From NCBI GenBank assembly GCA_016839585.1, contig JAEOTZ010000063.1, positions 1 to 11,631 on the forward strand: 11,631 bases of DNA, read 5' to 3'. The notes below the pieces were generated by a model. The model saw only the letters and a list, made by a program, of their open reading frames with translations. It was not told the DNA's origin and did not search any database. The DNA is from Promethearchaeota archaeon. GTDB taxonomy: Archaea > Asgardarchaeota > Lokiarchaeia > Sigyniarchaeales > SOKP01. Shown one piece after another: positions 1 through 9,027 of the stretch; the stretch's first letter is position 1; each line of letters opens with the position of its first letter. Made by a program: the position numbers and the translations under genes.

Positions 1-1858
1 CATCTATTTTACCTCTAACTTTTTTCATGACTTCTCCCATTAGAGGTCCTATTGCTCTCATTTCTCTTTTTTTTAATAAATCTATATTTTTATTTACAAT
101 CTCTTCAATGACTTTCTTCAAGTCATCGATAGAAATACTTTCAATGCTTAATTTTTCTTTAATCTGTTCAATAGTAAGATCTGGAAAATCTGCCTTTATA
201 ATCATTATGTCCTCAATTGCTTCTTTTCCAATTTTTTTATTTTTTAGATCTTTAAAAATTTCTTTATAATCTTTATCAGTAATATTTTCTACTTCTTTAT
301 CATCTCGTCTAAGTGCCGTTGTTGTTTCTAATAATGTTGTTAAAATTATTGAAGGATTATCTGGAAATATTTCAATCAATTCATTGAAAAGAGATAATTT
401 CGCATTAAAGATTAGATCTTTTATCATGCGATCTTCTACTTCATATTTTTTTGAATATTCCTTAATAATTTCCCATGGATACTTCGGCAGATTTTTTCTA
501 ATTTGATCGATTTCTTTTTCTGTGTTTATTATAGCTGGTGAATCTGTGTCAGGATATAACCGTGCTCCACCATGTAATTCCCTTAAGAATTCTGTATTTC
601 CATTTTCAAGAGCTCTTCGTGTCTCAGGAGGCACTCCTTTGAATGCGTGTTTTACTCGATTTATTATAACATCTATAGCTTTCTCAATTTCTTGTTTGGA
701 GCCTAATAAAAGTACAAAACTATCATTTTCTTCAATTTTCAACCTTTTTTTAATATTTTTGATACTCTCTTCAGAGAATTTGTAATTTTTCAAATCTTCA
801 TCTGAATGAATTAGTCCTTTTAAACCTGCTATAGATTTTACCTTACTACTTACTTCTGTTCCAAATCTATAATCCTCCATTAATTCTTTTCCAAAAATTC
901 CTTTAAATCCTTTAAAGTTAACACCAAACAATTTCTTCCCAGATTTTATACCCTTATCTATAAAATTCGATTTCAAATCCCCCATCATTTTAGTTAAATC
1001 AACAAGCTTTTCAGATACATCTTTTTCAGTTAAATTTCTATTTGCTAATTCTTCTTTTATTTCCAATAACTTAATTTGACGAGAGATTTCATGATTAATC
1101 AAGAGAGGGATCCAACCTAATTTTTGTACCCCTTTTATTTCAATCCGGGTTCCTTCTTTAATACTTACATTGATATCTTGTCTAATAGAGCCAAGTACTT
1201 TTTTTACATTGGTTGACCATAATAATAATCCAATTCGTTCAGCACATTCTCTACATTCATAAGGATTATTTATATCAGGTTTAGTTGTAACTTCTACCAG
1301 CGGAATTCCTAAACGATCTAGTCTAAAATAGTTATTTTTATTCTCAGTTTTCATTTTTCTTGCTGCTTCTTCTTCTAAACTTAAGATATCTATTCTAATT
1401 TTTTTACCATTTTCAAGAGGTATAAATCCATCAGTCCCAAGTATCATAGTACGTTGAAAGCCACAAGGAACACTACCATCTAAATAATTTTTGCGGCATA
1501 CGTGCATCTCTTCAATAATATTCGCATTAAGAAGTAGGGCAAGTTGTAATGCAATGCTTTTTGCTTCTTCATTACAAAAAAAGGGTGGATTTTCATCAAG
1601 CTCATAAGTACATATTACATCATCATAACCTTCATATATGATTCCCATACCTTTTTCATATTCAGTTAACATCGCCTTATCGTAGACTCCCATCTCCCCC
1701 AATACGGGTCTTTGAGTGCGTTTTATTGTAAAATCTGGTTTTCGAGTCCCTTGCAATTCAGTGGGACACCGGCAAAAGAGTTTTGTCTTTGTGTCTAATT
1801 GTTGATGGATCTCAAGTCCACATTTAAGACCAAGCTTCTCATAATCAAACTCTTGCAT
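1..1858 (-). CDS. gatE: Glutamyl-tRNA(Gln) amidotransferase subunit E (3' end beyond window edge)
   Basis: Manual translation from ATG 1858: MQEFDYEKLGLKCGLEIHQQLDTKTKLFCRCP...DGSVPCGFQRT...LEEEAARK...RLDRLGIPLVEVTTKPDI...GSIRQDINVSIKEGTRIEIKGVQ...GLIHSDE (GAD insertion)...GVPPETRR...GARLYPDTD...GPLMGEVMKKVRGKID at base 2. Start and end are in one frame (619 codons). Absent from the ORF track because the stop lies outside the window. Confidence 0.97.
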   Translation of the reverse strand, partial: MQEFDYEKLGLKCGLEIHQQLDTKTKLFCRCPTELQGTRKPDFTIKRTQRPVLGEMGVYDKAMLTEYEKGMGIIYEGYDDVICTYELDENPPFFCNEEAKSIALQLALLLNANIIEEMHVCRKNYLDGSVPCGFQRTMILGTDGFIPLENGKKIRIDILSLEEEAARKMKTENKNNYFRLDRLGIPLVEVTTKPDINNPYECRECAERIGLLLWSTNVKKVLGSIRQDINVSIKEGTRIEIKGVQKLGWIPLLINHEISRQIKLLEIKEELANRNLTEKDVSEKLVDLTKMMGDLKSNFIDKGIKSGKKLFGVNFKGFKGIFGKELMEDYRFGTEVSSKVKSIAGLKGLIHSDEDLKNYKFSEESIKNIKKRLKIEENDSFVLLLGSKQEIEKAIDVIINRVKHAFKGVPPETRRALENGNTEFLRELHGGARLYPDTDSPAIINTEKEIDQIRKNLPKYPWEIIKEYSKKYEVEDRMIKDLIFNAKLSLFNELIEIFPDNPSIILTTLLETTTALRRDDKEVENITDKDYKEIFKDLKNKKIGKEAIEDIMIIKADFPDLTIEQIKEKLSIESISIDDLKKVIEEIVNKNIDLLKKREMRAIGPLMGEVMKKVRGKID

Positions 1859-1906
1859 ATTAATTCAAATTTTCTTTATTAAAATTATTGCTATAAGGAA
1901 ATTATT

Positions 1907-1956
1907 TTATTACAGAATTTTAATGTAATGTATTTCATATTTCATTACTGTAATAA
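1907..1956. repeat. Inverted repeat upstream of gatE (possible operator or RNA hairpin)
   Basis: TTATTACAG (1907-1915) and CTGTAATAA (1948-1956) are exact reverse complements. Inner TAATG (1921-1925) and CATTA (1943-1947) also pair. Confidence 0.5.
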
Positions 1957-2010
1957 GATTTAAATTTATTTTCAATATTAAATTAAATTCTTAAATCCTA
2001 ATCTTTTTTA

Positions 2011-3093
2011 TTATTTAAATTCCTTCAAATATAATCTGTCATTATCTTGAGAAATTTTTGAATAATTAGAGAGGAAATCTAACATGAATTTTCTTTCAGA
2101 CTCATTCTGGGTTTTTGATAATCTAATTTGAAATTCAAGGTCTTTTTCATTTTCAATAGAAATCCAGTGCAATTTTTCAAAAAATCTTAAAATACATAAA
2201 AGAAACTCTTCTTGAGTACCAAAATTTTTAATTTCATTTTGTATTAAATTTATCCATTTTTCTCCGACATTTTTATTACTAAAGTTTATGATAATATCTT
2301 TATCTTCAGCCATTTTCATCCAAAAATAATAAGTCCTGTCATTAAGAATTCTATAATAATTTGTAAGGAAAGAGAGATTATGCTCGATAAGTTTAAACCT
2401 TTCTTTTTTAGCAATATCTTTTCTAAAAAGTAAATCTGTTTCTTTTAAATCAAATCTACAATATAATTCCGTATCTGAAAATGTAACGTCTGTGATTTTT
2501 GCACCTAATATACCAAACACAGCGGCATTTAATTTGCAATTTTCGAGAAAGAGATTTTTGTAAGTCCCAATAAATTCGAAAATACCGCTAGCATAGTGCG
2601 AATTTTTAGTTGCGAAAATATCTAGTTTCATTTCTTTTGTTAAATTGTTAGCTAAAAAAAAAGTTTTTATCCTATTAAACATATTTTTTAGTTCCTCATA
2701 ATCTTTTGGCCTTACACCTGTTATAAACATCCTTCTTATTGCAAATAAAAAACGAGGTACTTGTTTAAATCTGAATGTAGTATATCTATTTGCTCTAACA
2801 GCCATCTCATGAAATGGGATAATACCTCTAAATGTGAATTGATCGAAGAAGTTCATTGTTTGACTATCGACAAATCTTTCAAAATCATCGAGAGTCTTTC
2901 CTTTCTCAAAGCAATCCATTGATTTTTCCATGACATAATTGTAAAATGATGAAATACTAGTAAATCTCTTATCTTCAGGATCTTTTCGATGATTTACATT
3001 TACATACCTTTCAATCCAGTCTTTAAGGGCAGGGGATATTGATATTGTTTGTTGAGCTGTCTTTTTATTCGATAAATATTTTCTTGAAGTCAT
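2011..3093 (-). CDS. Hypothetical protein, 360 aa, possible N-terminal ribbon-helix-helix-like DNA-binding domain
   Basis: Long ORF with ATG start in AT-rich DNA. N-terminal QQTISISPALKDWIERYV...FTSISSFYNYVMEKSM has the strand-helix-helix pattern of RHH proteins. The remainder is not recognised. Confidence 0.85.
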   Translation of the reverse strand: MTSRKYLSNKKTAQQTISISPALKDWIERYVNVNHRKDPEDKRFTSISSFYNYVMEKSMDCFEKGKTLDDFERFVDSQTMNFFDQFTFRGIIPFHEMAVRANRYTTFRFKQVPRFLFAIRRMFITGVRPKDYEELKNMFNRIKTFFLANNLTKEMKLDIFATKNSHYASGIFEFIGTYKNLFLENCKLNAAVFGILGAKITDVTFSDTELYCRFDLKETDLLFRKDIAKKERFKLIEHNLSFLTNYYRILNDRTYYFWMKMAEDKDIIINFSNKNVGEKWINLIQNEIKNFGTQEEFLLCILRFFEKLHWISIENEKDLEFQIRLSKTQNESERKFMLDFLSNYSKISQDNDRLYLKEFK

Positions 3094-3433
3094 GGTTTAT
3101 CATAATATGATTTTTTCAAAAATAGAATTATAAATCTAATATATATTTAATTATAATAAGTAAGAGTTTTTTAAATTTTCGTAAAAAATACTAACAGATT
3201 TTTCTTTTTAAAAGTACAATTTTATTTTGGATATATTTTTATGAAATATATTTTTATAATTGTTAAATGCAATTAAATTTTTGTTGTTTTGAAACTAATT
3301 TTTCCTAATTGTATAGTTTAAATATGATTTGATGCTACTTATTATTGTTTAAATTTTTACACTTAAATAAATGCTCCTGTCAAGAAGACCATATTTTGAA
3401 TAAAACAGGGGAGTAGGGTAATTCCAGGGATAA

Positions 3434-3460
3434 AAACAAAATTACAAAGAAAAAAAAATT
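3434..3460 (-). terminator. Probable oligo-U terminator of elp3
   Basis: On the - strand a T9 run (3458-3450) and further T tracts begin about 10 nt after the elp3 stop codon, as in archaeal intrinsic terminators. Confidence 0.5.
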
Positions 3461-3467
3461 AACTAAC

Positions 3468-5099
3468 TTAATTTAATCGTTTTGAAACATAAGATCCGTC
3501 AAGTTTATATCCCATTTCATAAAACCAATCCCTTGCTCCGATACCACTTATCACAGCTAATTTTTTTATATCAAATTCTTGAAAAGCTATTTTTTCAGCA
3601 TTTTTCATTAATAACTTACCAAATCCTCGATGTTGAATTTGAGTATATCGATTTGGTTTCAAATCTTTTGGAACGAGTTCTCCAACTACTTTGATTTCTC
3701 TTACTATCATTGTTTTTCCATCATTCAATTCAGGTCTATGAGCAAATTCGGAAGGTTTTCTTAAGCGAAGGTATCCTATTAAATAATTATCTTTTTTGTT
3801 TTCATAAGATAAAAATATCTCATTACTTTGAGATGCTTCATAGTCAAAGCGATAAAGTTTTATATCTTCAAAGGAACTTTCATCATTTATTTCTTTTCTC
3901 TTACTAATGCCAATTTCACGGCATCGAATACAATTACAATTAGCATCTAATTCTTTTAGCCTTTCTTGGACAAGTTGTCTTAAATTACTTTTTTTGCAAC
4001 CAGCTTCTATTAATGAAGCTGGTATATCACGCATGATTCGTTGGATTCGTACATATGGAGGGAGATTGCTTTTCACATTTGCTATTAAATTAATTAGTTC
4101 ATGATTAGAATAGGGTGTATAACTTCCTTGTTTCCACCAGTTGTATAATTCTGTGCCTTTTACTACCACTGTGGGATATATTTTTAACATATCTGGACGA
4201 TAATTTGAGTCTGAGAATAAAATATCAAACATTTCTAAATCTTTGGAATAATTAGAAGAAGGTAAATTCGGCATCATGTGGGCATTGACTTTTAGACCCG
4301 CATCTTTAGCAACCCGTATTGCTTCAATACTATCGGCAGTGGTGTGGCCTCTCTTTACAAATTCATAAATTTCATCGTAGATCGTCTGAATGCCAATTTC
4401 AACCCTTGTCGTTCCATAGTTTAGCATTAGGTCAATTTCTTTCTCTTTGCAGTAGTCGGGTCGCGTCTCGATAGTTATTCCAATTACTCTTCGTTTAGAT
4501 TGTTCGGCTAGCTTTTTGGCTTCCTCCAGACTCTCTACTTTTTGATCGATAATTCCTTCTAAAGCTCCTTTGACGAATTCTTCTTGATATTGAGTGTCTG
4601 TCGATAAAAAAGTACCTCCCATAATAATCAATTCTATCTTGTCTATTTTATGACCTATAGCTTCTAAATCTCTTATCCTACTCTGAACTTGAAGGCAAGG
4701 ATCATAATTATTATGAATAGAACGCATGGCTGCTGGTTCTTGACCGGTGTATGATTGAGCAACTTTTTCTCCCGGTTGAGAGTCTTGCCCGGGACAATAT
4801 ATACAAGTACCAGGACAAGGAAGTGGTTTAGTCATAATGGCTATTACAGACACTCCTGATAAAGTTCTAGTTCGCCTTCTTTTAAGAATTTGAGTTACAA
4901 TTTCTTGTTCTTCAGGAGTTGCATAATGGAGTATGGTTGCATTTTTGATTACTTTTTTAAAATGATATTTCTTACCTATTCTTCCTTTAATGTTTGTGAT
5001 TTTTTCGCGAGACACTTGAGGATTTTCCATTAAATATTCAATGATTTCTCTTGAAATTTTCTTAACTATTTCAAAGCTCTTAATTTCTGATGGAATCAT
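3468..5099 (-). CDS. elp3: tRNA uridine(34) acetyltransferase Elp3 (radical SAM + GNAT domains)
   Basis: RTLSGVSVIAIMTKPLPCPGTCIYCPG, QSYTGQEPAAMR, ELIIMGGTF, ITIETRPD, RVEIGIQ, RGHT, LKIYPTVV, RIQRIMRDIP, CIRCREI, QHRGFGKLL, ISGIG. Start placed at ATG 5099 (543 aa) rather than TTG 5153 because a TATA box lies between them. Confidence 0.96.
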   Translation of the reverse strand: MIPSEIKSFEIVKKISREIIEYLMENPQVSREKITNIKGRIGKKYHFKKVIKNATILHYATPEEQEIVTQILKRRRTRTLSGVSVIAIMTKPLPCPGTCIYCPGQDSQPGEKVAQSYTGQEPAAMRSIHNNYDPCLQVQSRIRDLEAIGHKIDKIELIIMGGTFLSTDTQYQEEFVKGALEGIIDQKVESLEEAKKLAEQSKRRVIGITIETRPDYCKEKEIDLMLNYGTTRVEIGIQTIYDEIYEFVKRGHTTADSIEAIRVAKDAGLKVNAHMMPNLPSSNYSKDLEMFDILFSDSNYRPDMLKIYPTVVVKGTELYNWWKQGSYTPYSNHELINLIANVKSNLPPYVRIQRIMRDIPASLIEAGCKKSNLRQLVQERLKELDANCNCIRCREIGISKRKEINDESSFEDIKLYRFDYEASQSNEIFLSYENKKDNYLIGYLRLRKPSEFAHRPELNDGKTMIVREIKVVGELVPKDLKPNRYTQIQHRGFGKLLMKNAEKIAFQEFDIKKLAVISGIGARDWFYEMGYKLDGSYVSKRLN

Positions 5100-5130
5100 C
5101 TTATTTAAATGTAAAGTAGAGTTTAGCTTT

Positions 5131-5138
5131 TTTATAAA
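5131..5138 (-). promoter_or_regulatory. Putative TATA box for elp3
   Basis: TTTATAAA ending about 32 nt upstream of ATG 5099. Confidence 0.45.
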
Positions 5139-5248
5139 TTTAATATATCTCAAGTTAGATATTAAGCCGTGAAGTTAATACTTTACGATATACCTATTAT
5201 CTTAATAAAAACTTGGAACTATTTTTAGGTTTGATGTTTATATAGATC

Positions 5249-6100
5249 TTATTCTAAATCAATTTTCTTACCTGTAAAATCTCTTTGATATTTTCCAAAA
5301 TCTTTTATTTTCTTTAGAGTTTCCAGACCAAAAATTGGTCCATCTTTACACACTAATAAACCTAATGGATCTAATGTGCATAATCCACATAAGCCACAAC
5401 CACACCTCATAATTCGTTCAAGACTGGCATAGAACTCAATAGAATGTTTCTCACATATTTGAAATAATCTGTATAACATAATTTCTGGACCACATGAATA
5501 CACAATTAGATTTGATAACTCTTCTTTAGTATAGTTTTTTATCAAATCCTCAAAAACATCAGAAGCAATTCCTTTTACTCCATAACTACCATCATCTGTA
5601 CAAAAATGAAATTCTGAAAAAGCTTGATTATATAATTGGAAATTATCAATAAAAATCAGTTCTTTATTAATTTTAGCTCCTTCAATGACAATAAAGTTAT
5701 AGTTCATTCTTATTAATTCAGATGAGAGCCATTTTAAGGGTGCCATACCAATCCCCCCTCCAATTAAAAGACATTTTTTTGATTTATTAGTTGGGATTTG
5801 AAAATGATTACCTAAGGGTCCTCTTACGCCAATATAATCGCCTATATTTAAATTTTGTAATGCGTTTGTACATTCTCCAACATCTTTTACTGTAATGGCA
5901 CAATTACCATTATCATCATAGCCAGAAATTGACATAGGGACCTCATCTACTCCTGGAACCCAGACCATTACGAATTGTCCTGGTTTTGGAGCAATATAAT
6001 CTTTATTCTCCTTTTTCAGGTTAAAAAATAAGGTTTTAACACCTTTACATTCATTAATAACTCTCTCAATTTTTACAGTTCTTATCATATTCTCAGTCAA
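5249..6100 (-). CDS. pyrK: Dihydroorotate dehydrogenase B electron transfer subunit
   Basis: PKPGQFVMVW, GVRGPLGN, IGGGIGMAP, TDDGSYG, SCGPEIM and the 2Fe-2S motif MRCGCGLCGLC...VCKDGPIF. TTG start overlaps the pyrD stop, with SD GAGGTG (6113-6108) 7 nt upstream. Confidence 0.95.
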   Translation of the reverse strand: MTENMIRTVKIERVINECKGVKTLFFNLKKENKDYIAPKPGQFVMVWVPGVDEVPMSISGYDDNGNCAITVKDVGECTNALQNLNIGDYIGVRGPLGNHFQIPTNKSKKCLLIGGGIGMAPLKWLSSELIRMNYNFIVIEGAKINKELIFIDNFQLYNQAFSEFHFCTDDGSYGVKGIASDVFEDLIKNYTKEELSNLIVYSCGPEIMLYRLFQICEKHSIEFYASLERIMRCGCGLCGLCTLDPLGLLVCKDGPIFGLETLKKIKDFGKYQRDFTGKKIDLE

Positions 6101-7019
6101 AATCTGGCACCTCTTGTATTTTGAACTTATGAGCTAAACCTTTTATGTCATTTATTGATTTATATTGGTGTTCCTTGAGGTATTGAATTATTCCTTTATT
6201 AATTTCCTTAATAATTTCAATTTCTCTATATAAAGCAGTACCTATTTGTACTGCTGAAGCTCCAGCTAAGAAAAATTCAATAACATCCTCCCAAGAATCA
6301 ATTCCTCCACAGCCAATTATAGGAATGTTTAAAATTTTATATAAATCATACACTTTTTTTATGGCTATTGGATGTATTGCTTTCCCTGATAGTCCACCAC
6401 TTCCATGAGATAAAATAGGTCTTTTTGTATTCACATCTATTTTTAATGCTGTTAAAGTGTTTATTGCAACTACTCCATCAGCACCTCCCTTTTCAGCAGC
6501 TAAAGCAATATCTCCTAAAAATGTTACATTAGGGTTTAATTTCACAAAAAGTGGTACTGATAAATGTTCTTTTAGATATTTCACTACTTTATAAGTTAAA
6601 TCTTTATCAATTCCAATTGAGGCAACTTCTGCATGAGGGCAAGAAATATTAATTTCAATAGCATTAGCTCCAGCTTTTTCAGCTTTAGTTGCTACTTCAA
6701 GATAAACGTCTTTTGTATCTCCAAACACACTCACAATTAACGGAATATTATTTTCTTTTATCTCTTTAATCTCTAGTATAAATTCATCGATTCCAGGATT
6801 CCCCAGTCCAACACTATTCATAAAAGTTCCCGGATAGATCTCAATTATTGAGGGGTTTTTATATCCTTTTCTTGATTTTGGTCCTATAGATTTAGTAGTT
6901 ACAGCACCAGCTCCAGCATTAATGACTCGTTTCATCGAAGAAAAAGATACTCCTAAAACTCCTGAAGCTAAAATTATAGGAGATTTTAGTTTTAACCCAG
7001 ATAGATTTATTTCTAGCAT
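6093..7019 (-). CDS. pyrD: Dihydroorotate dehydrogenase family 1B, catalytic subunit
   Basis: PIILASG, GAVTTKS, NSVGLGNPG, EINISCPH (catalytic Cys), VKLNPN, INTL, GGLSG, IIGCGGI, AGASAVQIGTA. Coupled to pyrK. Confidence 0.97.
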   Translation of the reverse strand: MLEINLSGLKLKSPIILASGVLGVSFSSMKRVINAGAGAVTTKSIGPKSRKGYKNPSIIEIYPGTFMNSVGLGNPGIDEFILEIKEIKENNIPLIVSVFGDTKDVYLEVATKAEKAGANAIEINISCPHAEVASIGIDKDLTYKVVKYLKEHLSVPLFVKLNPNVTFLGDIALAAEKGGADGVVAINTLTALKIDVNTKRPILSHGSGGLSGKAIHPIAIKKVYDLYKILNIPIIGCGGIDSWEDVIEFFLAGASAVQIGTALYREIEIIKEINKGIIQYLKEHQYKSINDIKGLAHKFKIQEVPDFD

Positions 7020-7096
7020 TTTTTAAAAGAAAATAATGATTATAATTTTATAATAATTATTAATGAAGATAAAACAAGATAGATTAAAAAAGAAAA
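7020..7096. promoter_or_regulatory. Divergent promoter region between pyrD and nop5
   Basis: 77-nt gap between divergent ATGs, containing TTATAA boxes (7040-7045, 7048-7053) within a near-perfect palindrome at 7032-7061. Confidence 0.55.
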
Positions 7097-8308
7097 ATGA
7101 AATCTTATATCGCAGATACATTAATAGGAATTTTTGCGTTTGATGAGACCGGAAATATTTTGAATTTTATTGATTTTGATGGTGATAATGCAAAAATTAT
7201 TGAATTTTATAATGCCATCGAAAAAAATGTGATTTTGAAAATATATGAAGATTTCCTACTCGAATTAACTAATTCCGGTTTTAGTGAATTCATTTTCGAT
7301 AATAAAAAGTTAGAAATATTAACTTCAACCAATTTAGGATACAATACAATATTTAAAAATTTGTCAATGGAGCTAAAGAATTTTCGTTTAACGTTGGAAC
7401 ACCAATTAAAAAAAGTAGGGATATATAAAACTCAAACTGAAATACTTAGACAATATAAAGAGATAAGTGAGCAATTAACAAAAATAAAAGTAAGTCAAGC
7501 AGGAGGAAAAGCTGATATAATTATAATACAAATAATTACCACATTAGATATTATTAAGAAATCACTAAATTTATTTTCTGCCCGGCTGAGGGAGTGGTAT
7601 GGTCTACATTTTCCAGAATTAACAGATAAAATAATTGATGATGATATTATATTAGCAAGTTTAGTATCAACTTTAGGTTATAGAAATAAATTTACTTTAG
7701 AAAATTTAAAGGAGAATTTTGATCTTAAAGAAAGAACAATTGAAATGTTAACACAACAAGCTTCAGAATCTATGGGTGCAGATATTGATCTTACAATTAT
7801 ACAAAATTATGCTCAACAAATTATTGCTTTAGATCGATATAAACAAGAATTAGAAATATATTTAGAAGACTTAGTTGAAAAAACAGCTCCAAATATTAAT
7901 GCCATCATAGGGTCTTTAATAGGAGCAAAATTGATTGCAAAAGCTGGTAGTTTAAGAAAGTTGGCTTTTATGCCAGCATCTAGAATTCAACTACTAGGAG
8001 CTGAAAAAGCGTTATATCGCTTCCTTAAAACAGGGGAAAAAAGACCTAAACATGGTTTGATTTTTCAGTGGAATCAAATTAGATCCTCAAAACCTTGGTG
8101 TAGGGGTAAAATAGCTCGTCTTGTTGCAGGAAAAATTGGACTTGGGGCAAAAGTTGATTTTTTCTCTGGCGAATTTATTGGTGACATTTTATCTAAAGAA
8201 GTTGAGGAGAAAATAAAAGAAATTGAAGATAAATATCCTAATCCTCCTAAAAAAACTAAATCACAAAAAGTAAAGCAAAAAACAAAAAGTAAAAAGAAAA
8301 AAAATTGA
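7097..8308 (+). CDS. nop5: C/D box methylation guide RNP protein Nop5 (Nop56/58 homologue)
   Basis: RLREWYGLHFPEL, SMGADI, TAPNINAIIGSLIGAKLIAKAGSL, PASRIQLLGAEKALYRFL, PKHGLIF, RGKIARLVAGK, and a Lys-rich tail. Directly upstream of fibrillarin. Confidence 0.97.
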   Translation: MKSYIADTLIGIFAFDETGNILNFIDFDGDNAKIIEFYNAIEKNVILKIYEDFLLELTNSGFSEFIFDNKKLEILTSTNLGYNTIFKNLSMELKNFRLTLEHQLKKVGIYKTQTEILRQYKEISEQLTKIKVSQAGGKADIIIIQIITTLDIIKKSLNLFSARLREWYGLHFPELTDKIIDDDIILASLVSTLGYRNKFTLENLKENFDLKERTIEMLTQQASESMGADIDLTIIQNYAQQIIALDRYKQELEIYLEDLVEKTAPNINAIIGSLIGAKLIAKAGSLRKLAFMPASRIQLLGAEKALYRFLKTGEKRPKHGLIFQWNQIRSSKPWCRGKIARLVAGKIGLGAKVDFFSGEFIGDILSKEVEEKIKEIEDKYPNPPKKTKSQKVKQKTKSKKKKN

Positions 8309-8325
8309 GGGATTTTATTTTAAAA

Positions 8326-9027
8326 ATGATAAATATTGAAATTCGAAATCATCCAAAATTTTATAATGTCTATATATCAGGACCTCAAGAAAACTTAAAA
8401 CTCTATACTAAAAATTTAACTTTAGGGAATAGAGTGTATGGGGAGCGATTAATTAATTATAAGGGGATTGAATACCGAGAATGGGATCCCTTTAGGAGTA
8501 AGCTGGCAGCTATATTATTAGAAAAACCTATTACTAGCTTTTTAAATAGTAACTTAAAATGTTTGTATTTAGGAGCATCATCAGGAACAACAATTTCTCA
8601 TCTTTCAGATATTATTCATGACGGAATAATTTATGGCATAGAATTTGCGGAACGAAGTATGAGACAACTAATTCAAAATACGACTATAAGAGCAAATATT
8701 GTACCGATATTAGGAGATGCTCGGTATCCAGAGTCTTACTCAAATTCAATATTTACCGATATAGATCTAATTTATCAAGATGTTTCTCAACCAAATCAAG
8801 CTGAGATTGCTATTTTTAATTCAAATTATTATTTAAATGATGAAGGTACAATCATAGTAGCTATAAAATCTCAATCAATAGATAGTATTACTAAATCAGA
8901 AAAAATTTATAGACGTGAGAGAGATATTTTTGAAAAATCTGGTTATAAGATAATAGAAAGTATAAATATTCATAGATATGCTGCTAATCACATAGTTTTA
9001 ATAGTGAAGAAAAAGGGAATTAGTTAA
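8326..9027 (+). CDS. flpA: Fibrillarin-like rRNA/tRNA 2'-O-methyltransferase
   Basis: VYGERL, YREWDPFRSKLAA, LYLGASSGTTISHLSDI, YGIEFA, NIVPILGDAR, IYQDVSQPNQ. ATG 8326 preferred; TTG 8305, overlapping the nop5 stop, is the alternative. Confidence 0.97.
   Translation: MINIEIRNHPKFYNVYISGPQENLKLYTKNLTLGNRVYGERLINYKGIEYREWDPFRSKLAAILLEKPITSFLNSNLKCLYLGASSGTTISHLSDIIHDGIIYGIEFAERSMRQLIQNTTIRANIVPILGDARYPESYSNSIFTDIDLIYQDVSQPNQAEIAIFNSNYYLNDEGTIIVAIKSQSIDSITKSEKIYRRERDIFEKSGYKIIESINIHRYAANHIVLIVKKKGIS

Noticed and set aside
27-785. + strand ORFs 27..269 and 522..785
   Set aside because: Antisense shadows of gatE with no recognisable motifs.
1859-2010. Absence of gatD directly upstream of gatE
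   Set aside because: gatD may lie beyond the left edge or elsewhere in the genome; this cannot be judged from the window.
3482-4104. + strand ORFs 3482..3694, 3710..3907 and 3907..4104
   Set aside because: They lie antisense within the conserved elp3 gene.
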